Under the pieces are notes generated by a model. The model saw only the letters and a program-made list of their open reading frames with translations. It was not told where the DNA came from and made no database searches. From Desulfurivibrio sp. (GTDB taxonomy: Bacteria > Desulfobacterota > Desulfobulbia > Desulfobulbales > Desulfurivibrionaceae), in assembly GCA_047921155.1 (NCBI GenBank), contig JBLRWU010000001.1:5362-69361 (forward strand): DNA of 64,000 nt, in the 5' to 3' direction. Within the stretch, counting starts at the first letter, position 1, and the number at the start of each line of letters is the position of its first letter. Made by a program: the position numbers and the translations under genes. This document shows positions 36,721 through 45,163 of the stretch, one piece after another.

Positions 36721-37725
36721 TTATACCTCGCCTCCCATCAGCAGATAGCGCAGGTAATGGAAGGAAGAGAAAAGGGTGAAGAGCAGCAGCAGGATCAACG
36801 AAGCGGCCAGAGCCCGGCGCTGAAAGGCGGCCACCGGAGCGGCCAAACCGGGAAGGGAACGAAAAATCCCGGCCAGTGGTCCGCTCAGGCCGTAGAAGGC
36901 GGCCGGCAGCAGAGTCCCGTAAATGGCGAAACCGATATAGGCGTACTCGGGTTTAAGGATGCAGAAAGGGCAGTTATGGAAAGGCATGGCGTAAATATAG
37001 GAGGAGATCGCCACGGTTATCGCCAACAGGGCCAGGGGGAGAAAGAGCAGCCAATATGTGGCAAAAGCACCGTACAACCAGGGCCCGGGCCAACGCCAGA
37101 GAACAGCGCCCGTGAGCAGCAGGGCGGCGATCCCGCCGTAGAACGGTGGCAGAATTTGCCCGCCGGCCAACTCGGCCCAGAGCTGGGAGCCGCCGGAGCC
37201 GGGGCTGAAAACCACGGCGCAGCAGGAGGTGATAATGTCGGGTTCGATCTTGAGCAGGTAGAGGCTCTGGAGGGTGATATCCGCCGCCAGCCAGGGGAGC
37301 AGCGCCAGCAGATACCAGCACTTGTGCCGCACCAGAGGGTAGTGTTCGGAACTGATATCGAGCCGGTGAATCACCAGCCAGAAGCCGTAGAAAAAGACCC
37401 CGACCAGCTTGACCGTGAGGGCCGGCAGGCCGAAATCGTTGACCAACAGGGTGCCGGTGGCGCACATCGCCCCGGTGATCACCTCGGCGAAATTGTCGGC
37501 GGCCAGCACCAGCAGCACCAGGCTGAGGATCTGCAGGGCCAGGGCGTAAGTCACCAAAGTGGAAGAGAGCCAGATTTCGCTCTCCAGGCTGATCTGGCGG
37601 CTGTCGTCGCTGGCCGGATTCCAGAAGCGGATCACCCGCAGGGCGCTCCGGGCCGCCACCGCCAGCAGGAAAACCACCAGCAGACTGCTTAGAACCAGCG
37701 CCAGACTCCAACTGTTCAGCAGCAT
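36721..37725 (-). CDS. Uncharacterised polytopic membrane protein with Cys/His motifs
   Basis: About 8 hydrophobic segments; GAMCATG, TSCC and PFHNCPFC motifs; overlaps the upstream ATPase gene. Confidence 0.8.
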   Translation of the reverse strand: MLLNSWSLALVLSSLLVVFLLAVAARSALRVIRFWNPASDDSRQISLESEIWLSSTLVTYALALQILSLVLLVLAADNFAEVITGAMCATGTLLVNDFGLPALTVKLVGVFFYGFWLVIHRLDISSEHYPLVRHKCWYLLALLPWLAADITLQSLYLLKIEPDIITSCCAVVFSPGSGGSQLWAELAGGQILPPFYGGIAALLLTGAVLWRWPGPWLYGAFATYWLLFLPLALLAITVAISSYIYAMPFHNCPFCILKPEYAYIGFAIYGTLLPAAFYGLSGPLAGIFRSLPGLAAPVAAFQRRALAASLILLLLFTLFSSFHYLRYLLMGGEV

Positions 37726-38393
37726 CGCACCCGTCCGTCAGTCACCTCCACCACCCGGTCGATGGCTTGATCCTCAACCACCAGCGGGTCGTGGGAAGTG
37801 ATGATGATGGTTTTGCCCTCGGCTTTCAACCCGGCCATGATTCCCATAAACTCGTGGCTGAGTTTGGTGTCGAGATGGGCGGTGGGTTCGTCGGCCAGAA
37901 TAATCGGCTGATTGTTGATCAGGGCCCGGGCAATGGCCACCCTTTGCAACTCGCCGCCGGAGATCTGGCCGGCCGGGAAGTTCTCCCGGTGGGCGATTCC
38001 CAGTCGCTTAAGCAGAACCCGGGCCCGTTGCCGCTGCTCAGCGGGCGACACCCCCAGGGGCAACAGCGGCAGGGTGATATTTTCCCGCACGCTTAAGGCC
38101 GGCAGCAGATTGAAACGTTGAAAGATAAAACCGATGGTTTGGCGCCGATGGATGGTGAGAAAACGGTCGGGCAAGCGGGCCAGTTGCTTGCCGGCGATGG
38201 CCGCCCGACCGCTGGTGGGAGCCATCACGCAACCGATAATGGCCAGCAGGGTACTCTTGCCCGAACCGCTGGGCCCCTTGAGGCAAACCACCTCTCCGGC
38301 GGCCACCTGGAGATCGACCCCGGCCAGAGCCCGGACCTGATTGGCCCGGCCCCGGTTATAGATCTTTTCCACCTTTTCCAGTTCAATCAGCAT
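37716..38393 (-). CDS. ABC ATP-binding protein (LolD/MacB type)
   Basis: GPSGSGKST, IGFIFQRFNL, SGGELQRVAIARAL, ADEPTAHLD. Confidence 0.92.
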   Translation of the reverse strand: MLIELEKVEKIYNRGRANQVRALAGVDLQVAAGEVVCLKGPSGSGKSTLLAIIGCVMAPTSGRAAIAGKQLARLPDRFLTIHRRQTIGFIFQRFNLLPALSVRENITLPLLPLGVSPAEQRQRARVLLKRLGIAHRENFPAGQISGGELQRVAIARALINNQPIILADEPTAHLDTKLSHEFMGIMAGLKAEGKTIIITSHDPLVVEDQAIDRVVEVTDGRVRCC

Positions 38394-38398
38394 ATTGG

Positions 38399-39598
38399 CT
38401 ATCCGTTAAGGGCATCTTCGGCCGGCACCGAGGCGCTGCGCCAGGTGGGAATCACGGTGGCAGCCAGATAGGGCGGCACGGTCAGGGCAAAGAGCAGCAG
38501 CAGATCCTGCAGTACGATTTTGGGGGCCAGGGCAAAGGCGGGATAGATCGCCGACCAGCCCACCAGCACCGGCCGAAAGAGGGCGGCATCGAAATAGAGG
38601 ACATGGACCCAGGCCAGGGACAGCCCCAGCAGGAAAGCGCCCCCGGCCACCACCAAAGCCTCCTGGCCCCGCATGATCAGCAGATCCGGGGTCTCCCAGC
38701 CGACAATCTTGAGTACCGCCACCTCCCGGCGCTCCTCCGGTGATAAGCCGGAGGCCTTATCCCAGGCCAGGATGGCAAAGGCGGCCAGGGCGGCCAGCAG
38801 GCAAACGGCGGCCATGCCGCTGCGCCAACCGAAAACCGCCTGGTAGGTGCGGGAGATCTGTTCCCGGGTCAGTACCCGGGTATCGGGCAACACCTCGGCA
38901 ATCCGTCGGGCCAGATTATCGACTTCGGCCGGATTGTGGACATAGACGCACAGGTCGGTGACCAGTCCCGCAGGAATCTGGAATAGATCGCGGGCCTGGG
39001 CCAGCTCGACGGCGATCAGATCGGCGGTGAGCAGGTCGGTTTCGCCCTTGAAGATTCCCGAGACGGTAAAGCTTTTCAGGGTAAGGTCGGGCCGGAAGAG
39101 GGAGAAAAACCCGCCGGGGGCCAGATCGAGGGATGAGGCGATCAAACCGCCGACGGCGGCCGGGGCCGGCCCGTCGGCTCCGGCCGCCGGAAACTCCCCC
39201 GTCGCCAGGGTCTGACCCAGGTGTTGGCCCAGGGGCATCCGGCCGGGGTCGACGCCGATCACCGTGAAATTGGCCAGCCGCACCTCATCGAAATAGTAAC
39301 CCCAGATCCGGGGCACCACCTGCCTGATCCCGAAAAAACCGCGCAACTGTTCCTGGTAGGCCAGGGGAATTGATTCCTGGCGGCCGGCGCTCATCTTCTG
39401 GATCACGATATCGGGGGTGGGGGCCAGAATCGCCCCGGCCCTCTCGGTGAGGGCGTTGGTCACCAGATGAAAGGAGGCCAGCAGAAAGATCACCCCGGTG
39501 AAAATCAGCAGCACCCCGAGATTTTTCCAGCGCCGCCGCCACAACGAGGAGAGGGCGAAGTCCAGCAGGTTGAGTTGTTTGGCCAAAGCCCCTTCCAT
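38399..39598 (-). CDS. FtsX/MacB/LolE-type ABC permease
   Basis: One N-terminal TM, a large periplasmic loop, ERREVAVLKIVGW, three C-terminal TMs. Confidence 0.88.
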   Translation of the reverse strand: MEGALAKQLNLLDFALSSLWRRRWKNLGVLLIFTGVIFLLASFHLVTNALTERAGAILAPTPDIVIQKMSAGRQESIPLAYQEQLRGFFGIRQVVPRIWGYYFDEVRLANFTVIGVDPGRMPLGQHLGQTLATGEFPAAGADGPAPAAVGGLIASSLDLAPGGFFSLFRPDLTLKSFTVSGIFKGETDLLTADLIAVELAQARDLFQIPAGLVTDLCVYVHNPAEVDNLARRIAEVLPDTRVLTREQISRTYQAVFGWRSGMAAVCLLAALAAFAILAWDKASGLSPEERREVAVLKIVGWETPDLLIMRGQEALVVAGGAFLLGLSLAWVHVLYFDAALFRPVLVGWSAIYPAFALAPKIVLQDLLLLFALTVPPYLAATVIPTWRSASVPAEDALNG

Positions 39599-39600
39599 GG

Positions 39601-39966
39601 CTACCCCTCCGTCGCCGGCCGCCGCCGGTGAAGCGCTCCCGTGGGCTGGGGCTCCCGCAACAGCGGCGGCGGAGCCCAGAAGGAGCCGGTGGGAAAATGC
39701 TCGATGGCGCCGGGATGGCTCATAAACGGGGTCAGGGGATCACTGACCGCCGGATGCCTGGTGTAGCGAGCCTCGGTGGCCACCACCAGATCGGTCAGAC
39801 CCAGACCGGAAACCGCAATATGGAGGAGGGGCAACGCCGCCTGCTGCCGGGCCCGCAACTCCCGGCCATGGACCAGGATCATGGCGTTAAGGGCGATAAA
39901 GAGCAACAGTAATCCCAAGGCCAACGTGGAGGGACGCATCTGCGAGATCCTGCCTGGCCCGGTCAA
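39601..39966 (-). CDS. Small membrane-anchored hypothetical protein
   Basis: N-terminal hydrophobic helix, then GLTDL...TEARYTRHP...HPGAIEHFPTGS; coupled to both neighbours. Confidence 0.7.
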   Translation of the reverse strand: MTGPGRISQMRPSTLALGLLLLFIALNAMILVHGRELRARQQAALPLLHIAVSGLGLTDLVVATEARYTRHPAVSDPLTPFMSHPGAIEHFPTGSFWAPPPLLREPQPTGALHRRRPATEG

Positions 39967-40481
39967 TGACCACGCCCCATGGTATGGCCACCCCGCATCT
40001 CCTGCACCAGCTCGGGGGTGATCTCCTCGAAACGCAAAATCTCCCGGCCCTGATGATCCCGGGAAAAGGTCTGCGCCTTCTCCTCGGAGTCAAGCGGGAT
40101 AAACTCGTGCCCCATGGGACCGTGGATCCCGCTGCCGACCACATAATAGGCGCTCCGGCCGTCGATCCACTGCAGGGTGTAGTAGTCCTTGGCCCAGATC
40201 GCCGTCACCTCCACCCCTTTGCCAGCTCCGAAACTTTCGGGGTTGAAATGGTAGGCCAGCAGATCCTTCATCCCGTCGAAAAACTGCACCTTGCCGGTGG
40301 CCAGGTGCAGTTGGGTAATCCAGTGGGGGTAGCGGGCCACGAACATCCCGCAGACCGGGCACTTCTCCCGGACTCCCACCTGCTCCACCGGGGGTGGCGT
40401 CTTGGAGCCCGCGGCGCCGAACGCCGGCAACCAAAGTGACAGGATCAGAGCCCAAAACAGAACCTTCAGCGCACCCTTCAT
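39963..40481 (-). CDS. NosL-family periplasmic metal-binding protein
   Basis: Signal peptide, CPVCGM, FFDGMKDL, DYYTLQWID, GPMGHEFIP, FSRDHQG; His/Met C-terminal tail. Confidence 0.88.
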   Translation of the reverse strand: MKGALKVLFWALILSLWLPAFGAAGSKTPPPVEQVGVREKCPVCGMFVARYPHWITQLHLATGKVQFFDGMKDLLAYHFNPESFGAGKGVEVTAIWAKDYYTLQWIDGRSAYYVVGSGIHGPMGHEFIPLDSEEKAQTFSRDHQGREILRFEEITPELVQEMRGGHTMGRGH

Positions 40482-41020
40482 TGCAAATACCCTCCGATCA
40501 ATCTTTGCAACTCCTCCTCCCCCACCCCGCCCAGCACTGCGGCGGTCAGCCGGTGTTGCGGATCAATAAAAACCGCCATGGGGTCGAGTTTGACCCGGTA
40601 CTGTTCGGCGATCCGGCCGCCATGGTCGATAATCACCGGAAATTCGATCTCCAGTTCCGCAATAAAACGTTGAACCAGCTCCTGGTTCTCATTGCGGCTG
40701 ATGTAGATGATCTGCAGGCCCTGCTCCTGATACTGGCGAAAATAGCGGTTGAAAACCGGAGTATCGGCCCGGCAGTACTTGCAGTCCACCGACCAGAAAC
40801 GCAAAACCACCGGCTGGCCGTCGTAATCGGAGAGATTGAAACGGTTGCCGTACTGGTCAACCGCGGCGAAATCGGGGGCCTGATCGCCCAACTGCAACTG
40901 CCTTTGTTCTCCACAGGCGGCGAGCAACAGCAGCAACAACAGCACCGTGGCCCAGGATAATCCCCGAACGCCCGGCATTACCGTCCGCCCCTGCGGGCGC
41001 CAACTTCTCATTACCACCAT
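40478..41020 (-). CDS. TlpA/ResA-like thiol-disulfide oxidoreductase lipoprotein
   Basis: LAAC lipobox, APDF, FWSVDCKYC (CxxC), cis-Pro-like LDPM. Start is uncertain (41020, 41011 or 40978). Confidence 0.85.
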   Translation of the reverse strand: MVVMRSWRPQGRTVMPGVRGLSWATVLLLLLLLAACGEQRQLQLGDQAPDFAAVDQYGNRFNLSDYDGQPVVLRFWSVDCKYCRADTPVFNRYFRQYQEQGLQIIYISRNENQELVQRFIAELEIEFPVIIDHGGRIAEQYRVKLDPMAVFIDPQHRLTAAVLGGVGEEELQRLIGGYLQ

Positions 41021-41156
41021 ATCCCCTCCACAAATTTTCCCCAAAGGCACGGCCGTCAAAGAGAACTTCTGTCGTCAAGGCCACAGAGTGGCAGAATAGC
41101 CGAAAATGGACCCGGATACAACCTCGTTTGCCCCCACTTGACCGCCGCTAGCAACT

Positions 41157-41291
41157 TCATTGAGAGCTGGCAAGCAGGCTGCCGATGGTTTTCCGCAGCT
41201 CCTCCAGTTCCAGGGGCTTACACAGAACCGCGTGGGCGCCGGAATGTTCCAGCACCTCCTCCATCCGCGGCCGATCGATGGCGGTGATGGG
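41157..41291 (-). pseudogene. C-terminal fragment of a response-regulator receiver domain
   Basis: Hand translation PITAIDRPRMEEVLEHSGAHAVLCKPLELEELRKTIGSLLASSQ* matches the receiver beta4-alpha4-beta5(KP)-alpha5 pattern. There is no N-terminal half. Confidence 0.6.
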
Positions 41292-41298
41292 GACAAAC

Positions 41299-41333
41299 AA
41301 AAAGAGGGATTAAGAGCAGGCTCTTAATCCCTC
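41299..41333 (-). terminator. Intrinsic terminator after tRNA-Glu
   Basis: 13-bp stem GAGGGATTAAGAG / CTCTTAATCCCTC followed by a T run on the minus strand. Confidence 0.85.
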
Positions 41334-41345
41334 ATATCTGTTTTT

Positions 41346-41421
41346 TGGTGACCCCTACGGGACTCGAACCCGTGTTACCGGCGTGAGAGGCCAGCGTCCT
41401 AGACCGCTAGACGAAGGGGCC
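41346..41421 (-). tRNA. tRNA-Glu (anticodon CTC)
   Basis: GGCCCCT acceptor stem, CT-CTC-AC anticodon loop, GGTTCGAGTCC T arm, encoded CCA; 76 nt. Confidence 0.96.
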
Positions 41422-41464
41422 ATGCAAAAGTGTGGGCTCTATCTACCTTATGTGCGGCCCGAGG

Positions 41465-42058
41465 TCAAGCTGATAATCTTGCCAGCAGTTTCCGCCCCTG
41501 TTCACCGGCCTCCCGCAGAGCCTCGGGGCGACCGGCGGCATCAAGGCACTGCTCCAGGCCGCGAACCAGAACCTCGCCGCCATAGGCAAAGCCCATGGCA
41601 TCGAAAGCGTACTTGGCAGTGAGGATCGCGCCATCGAAAACCTTGACCCCCTTGGTGGCGGCCACCGCCAGCAGCAATCCACGTCGCGATGAATCATCCG
41701 CCCGTTGTCCCTGCCGCCCCGGCAGACGCCAGCGGCTCCACAGGGCCTGGTTGCGGTCCACCAGGGCCTTGGCCTGGGCGGTGATCCCGTAGAAGTAGAT
41801 GGGCGAGGCCAGCACCACTCGATCGGCGGCGGTGATCTTTTCGTACAACTGGGTCATGTCATCAATCAGGACGCACTCTCCGGTCTCGTCGCAACCGCCA
41901 CAGGCAATGCAGGGTTGAATAACCAGATCGCAGATCCGGACAATTTCGATCTCGCCGCCGGCAGCCGTTACTCCTTCGGCCAAAGCCGAAAGCATGGTGG
42001 CGGTGTTACCTCCGGCCCGGGGGCTGCCGTTAAAGGCCAGCACCTTGATTTTTGCCAT
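41465..42058 (-). CDS. Iron-sulfur flavoprotein / NADPH-dependent FMN reductase family
   Basis: GSPR..GNT, CIACGGC.....C (Cx2Cx2Cx5C), SPIYF. Confidence 0.9.
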   Translation of the reverse strand: MAKIKVLAFNGSPRAGGNTATMLSALAEGVTAAGGEIEIVRICDLVIQPCIACGGCDETGECVLIDDMTQLYEKITAADRVVLASPIYFYGITAQAKALVDRNQALWSRWRLPGRQGQRADDSSRRGLLLAVAATKGVKVFDGAILTAKYAFDAMGFAYGGEVLVRGLEQCLDAAGRPEALREAGEQGRKLLARLSA

Positions 42059-43610
42059 CTATTTCCTCCTTGTTTGTTGGTTCCGCCCGTCGGGGCAAAC
42101 GGTTATAAAATTCGGTTTCATCGCGTAAGCGGGTCATCACCTCCAGAATGAGAAAGCGGGGAGCCACCCGCCAGCGCCAGTTGCCCCTGGCGGTGCCGGG
42201 GATATTCATCCGGCAGTCGCTGCCGAACCCCAGAATATCCTGGAGGGGGATAATCACCAGATCCGCCACCGAGGCCAGCGCGACCCGGATGAAATCCCAG
42301 TGGATCGGACTGCCCTCTTGGCTGCGAGCGTAACGCAACAGGCGTTCCTTGGCCGCCGGGGTGCTGCGGTCGCTGAAATACCAGCCCACCGCCGTATCGT
42401 TGTCGTGGGTGCCGGTGTAAACTACACAGTTGCGGTCCGCATAGTTGTGGGGCAGGTAGCTGTTCTCCTCATCGGAGTCGAAGGCAAACTGCAAGACCTT
42501 CATGCCGGGGAAACCCAGGGTGTCACGCAACTCTCCCACCGCCGGCGTGATAATTCCCAGATCTTCGGCGATGATCGGCAACCCTCCCAGGGCCTTTTCC
42601 ATGCCCCGAAAGAAATCCAGCCCCGGCCCCTTGACCCATTCCCCTCGCACGGCATCGGGTTCGGTGGCCGGAACCCGCCAGTAGGACTCAAAACCGCGAA
42701 AATGATCAATCCGGACAATATCGGCCATCCTGAACTGCTGCCGAAACCGCTGCTGCCACCACCGCTCCAGCCCGACGCGGCTGGCCGGGTCGCCGTCCCA
42801 GCGAAACAGAGGATTGCCCCAGCGCTGGCCGGAGTCACTGAAGTAATCGGGCGGCACTCCGGCCACATGGGTGGGCTGCAGGGTTTCCTTATCCAGCAGG
42901 AAAAAATCCGGGGCGGCCCAGACCTCGGCGCTATCCGGGGCCACATAGATGGGGAGATCGCCGATCAACCACACCCCTTTCTCCTTGGCATAACGGCGCA
43001 ACCGCTCCCATTGCCGGAAAAAGATGAACTGAACAAACCTGTGGTAATTGATCCGGTCGCTCAAACGCTCCCGGCCCTCGACCAGCGCCCCGGGATGACG
43101 CCGGGCAATCTCCGGCGGCCAGGAGTACCAGGGCAGCCCGTGCTGCTCCTCGTGCAGGGCCATGAAAAGAACGTAATCATCCAGCCAACTTTCGCCGGCA
43201 ACAAACCGTTCATACTCCCCACGCAGGGGATGGTTGGTTGCAAAAAGGGCGAAGGCGGCGGCCAGAATCTCCTCCTTCCAGGGCAACACCTCGTCGAAGT
43301 TGATCAGATATTCGGAAAATTGCGGGGCGTCGTGGAGCAGGTCATGGGAGAGCAAGCCATCGGCGGCCAGACTCTCCGGGCTGATCAACAACGGATTGCC
43401 GGCAAAGGCGGAAAGGCCCATATATGGGGAGTTATCCAGTTCCCGGCTGGTGGGGCACAGGGGCAAAAACTGCCAGTACTGCTGTCCGGCCTCCGCCAGC
43501 AGATCGACAAAGACGTGAGCCGCCGGCCCCAGATCCCCGACCCCAAAACGGCTTGGCAGGGAAGTTACATGCAGCAAAATCCCGCTGCCCCGAGCATAAA
43601 AAAATGTCAC
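42030..43610 (-). CDS. malQ: 4-alpha-glucanotransferase (GH77)
   Basis: GILLHVTSLP, GVPPDYFS..GQRWGNP, RIDHFRG, IAEDLG, YTGTHDN, RMNIPG. Confidence 0.96.
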   Translation of the reverse strand: MTFFYARGSGILLHVTSLPSRFGVGDLGPAAHVFVDLLAEAGQQYWQFLPLCPTSRELDNSPYMGLSAFAGNPLLISPESLAADGLLSHDLLHDAPQFSEYLINFDEVLPWKEEILAAAFALFATNHPLRGEYERFVAGESWLDDYVLFMALHEEQHGLPWYSWPPEIARRHPGALVEGRERLSDRINYHRFVQFIFFRQWERLRRYAKEKGVWLIGDLPIYVAPDSAEVWAAPDFFLLDKETLQPTHVAGVPPDYFSDSGQRWGNPLFRWDGDPASRVGLERWWQQRFRQQFRMADIVRIDHFRGFESYWRVPATEPDAVRGEWVKGPGLDFFRGMEKALGGLPIIAEDLGIITPAVGELRDTLGFPGMKVLQFAFDSDEENSYLPHNYADRNCVVYTGTHDNDTAVGWYFSDRSTPAAKERLLRYARSQEGSPIHWDFIRVALASVADLVIIPLQDILGFGSDCRMNIPGTARGNWRWRVAPRFLILEVMTRLRDETEFYNRLPRRAEPTNKEEIDGKNQGAGL

Positions 43611-43828
43611 GCTGTGGTTCTCCCCTGTGCTAGCATAGAGTTGTCAGCCACGCTGCAGCTTCGAACAACCATAACATCGACCGGTCCTGCCGGCCAAGCT
43701 GAATATTAATTATTCTATATTTTACTCTTGCTCTTTCCGCAGAGAAGCATTAGTGTACCGCGTTTGACGTACTTGAATCAGAAGGGGAGGCATACCCCCA
43801 AACCATCCAGTATCGGGAGATCAACATC

Positions 43829-45160
43829 GTGTCCGTTAACATCAAATCCAGGTTGCTCGAGGCCGGCAAGGACGACGGTTGCATCACCCTCTCCTTCTTA
43901 AATGACCTGATCCCGGATGACAAGGATTCCGATGCCATCGACGGAATTTTCGACTTCCTCCAGGAAAACAACATCGAAGTGATCACCCACGACAAGGATG
44001 GAGACAAAAAAGATCTCTCCGGCAAGCATCTGGATGATAAGGACGATTCCGGCGACATGGAGGAGGAGGGTCCCCTGGCCGCCAAGCTCGCCGGTCGCGA
44101 TGACCTGGCCGAGCCCGAGGAGACCACCACCACCTATCTCCGCGAGATGGGCCAGTTCGACCTGCTGACCCCCGAGGAGGAGGAAAAATATTCCAAGACC
44201 ATTCGCGAAGGCTTCAACGCCATCGTCAACGCCATTCGCAAGGACCGCTCCGGCCTGCCGGAGATGAAGCTGTTGGCCGAGCGCCTCGATCTCTGGGAAA
44301 AACGCGACCCGACCCTGAAACCCAAGAAACAGCACCTGAACCATATGGTGCGCTCCATGACCAAGGTCTGCGAGCAGTATCCGGAGAGAAAGCGCCTGCG
44401 CCAGAACTACTGCCGGGTGGAACTCTATGCCCGTTCCATCGAGGTGGCCAAGGATGCGATGATCAAGGCCAACCTGCGGCTGGTGGTCAGTATCGCCAAA
44501 CGTTACATGCACCAGGGCCTGACCCTGGCCGACCTGATCCAGGAGGGCAACCTGGGCCTGATGCGGGCGGTTTTCCGCTTCGACTACACCAAGGGCAACA
44601 AGTTCAGCACCTACGCCAGCTGGTGGATCCGCCAGGCGATCACCCGGGCCATCCTCGACAAGACCCGGACCATCCGCCTGCCGGTCCACTTTCTCGAGCT
44701 GCGCAGCCAGTTCTTCAAGGCCTTCTACTCCCTGCTCAAGGAGCTGGGCCGGGAGCCCACCCCGGTGGAGATCTCCGAGAAAACCGGCCTGCCCATGGAG
44801 AAGATCCTCGCCATTTTCGAAGCCTCCCGCGAACCGATCTCCCTGGAGACCCCGGTGGGCGACGACGACTCCACCCTGGGGGATTTCCTGGAGAACCAGG
44901 AGTCGATCTCCCCCTACGAGGCGGTCAAAGGCAACCAGTTGGCCGAGCGGGTCACCAGTATTCTCTCCACCCTGAGTGAGCGGGAGGAGAAGATTATCCG
45001 CCTGCGTTTCGGGATCGGTGAAGACGCCGAATACACCCTGGAGGAGATCGGCAAACGCTTCAATGTCTCCCGGGAGCGCATCCGCCAGATCGAAAAGAAG
45101 GCTTTAAACCGCCTGCGCCACTCCAGCCGTCGGGAAAAACTGAAAAATTTCCTCGATTAA
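43829..45160 (+). CDS. Sigma-70 factor, RpoD family (possibly a paralog of the primary sigma)
   Basis: Region 1.1-like N-terminus, [55 protein letters not shown]. Confidence 0.92.
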   Translation: MSVNIKSRLLEAGKDDGCITLSFLNDLIPDDKDSDAIDGIFDFLQENNIEVITHDKDGDKKDLSGKHLDDKDDSGDMEEEGPLAAKLAGRDDLAEPEETTTTYLREMGQFDLLTPEEEEKYSKTIREGFNAIVNAIRKDRSGLPEMKLLAERLDLWEKRDPTLKPKKQHLNHMVRSMTKVCEQYPERKRLRQNYCRVELYARSIEVAKDAMIKANLRLVVSIAKRYMHQGLTLADLIQEGNLGLMRAVFRFDYTKGNKFSTYASWWIRQAITRAILDKTRTIRLPVHFLELRSQFFKAFYSLLKELGREPTPVEISEKTGLPMEKILAIFEASREPISLETPVGDDDSTLGDFLENQESISPYEAVKGNQLAERVTSILSTLSEREEKIIRLRFGIGEDAEYTLEEIGKRFNVSRERIRQIEKKALNRLRHSSRREKLKNFLD

Positions 45161-45163
45161 ACC

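Noticed and set aside
39963-40481. Interpreting the NosL-like gene as a nitrous oxide reductase (nos) cluster
   Set aside because: No nosZ, nosR, nosD or nosY is in the window, and the ABC pair is MacB/LolCDE-type rather than NosFY-type.
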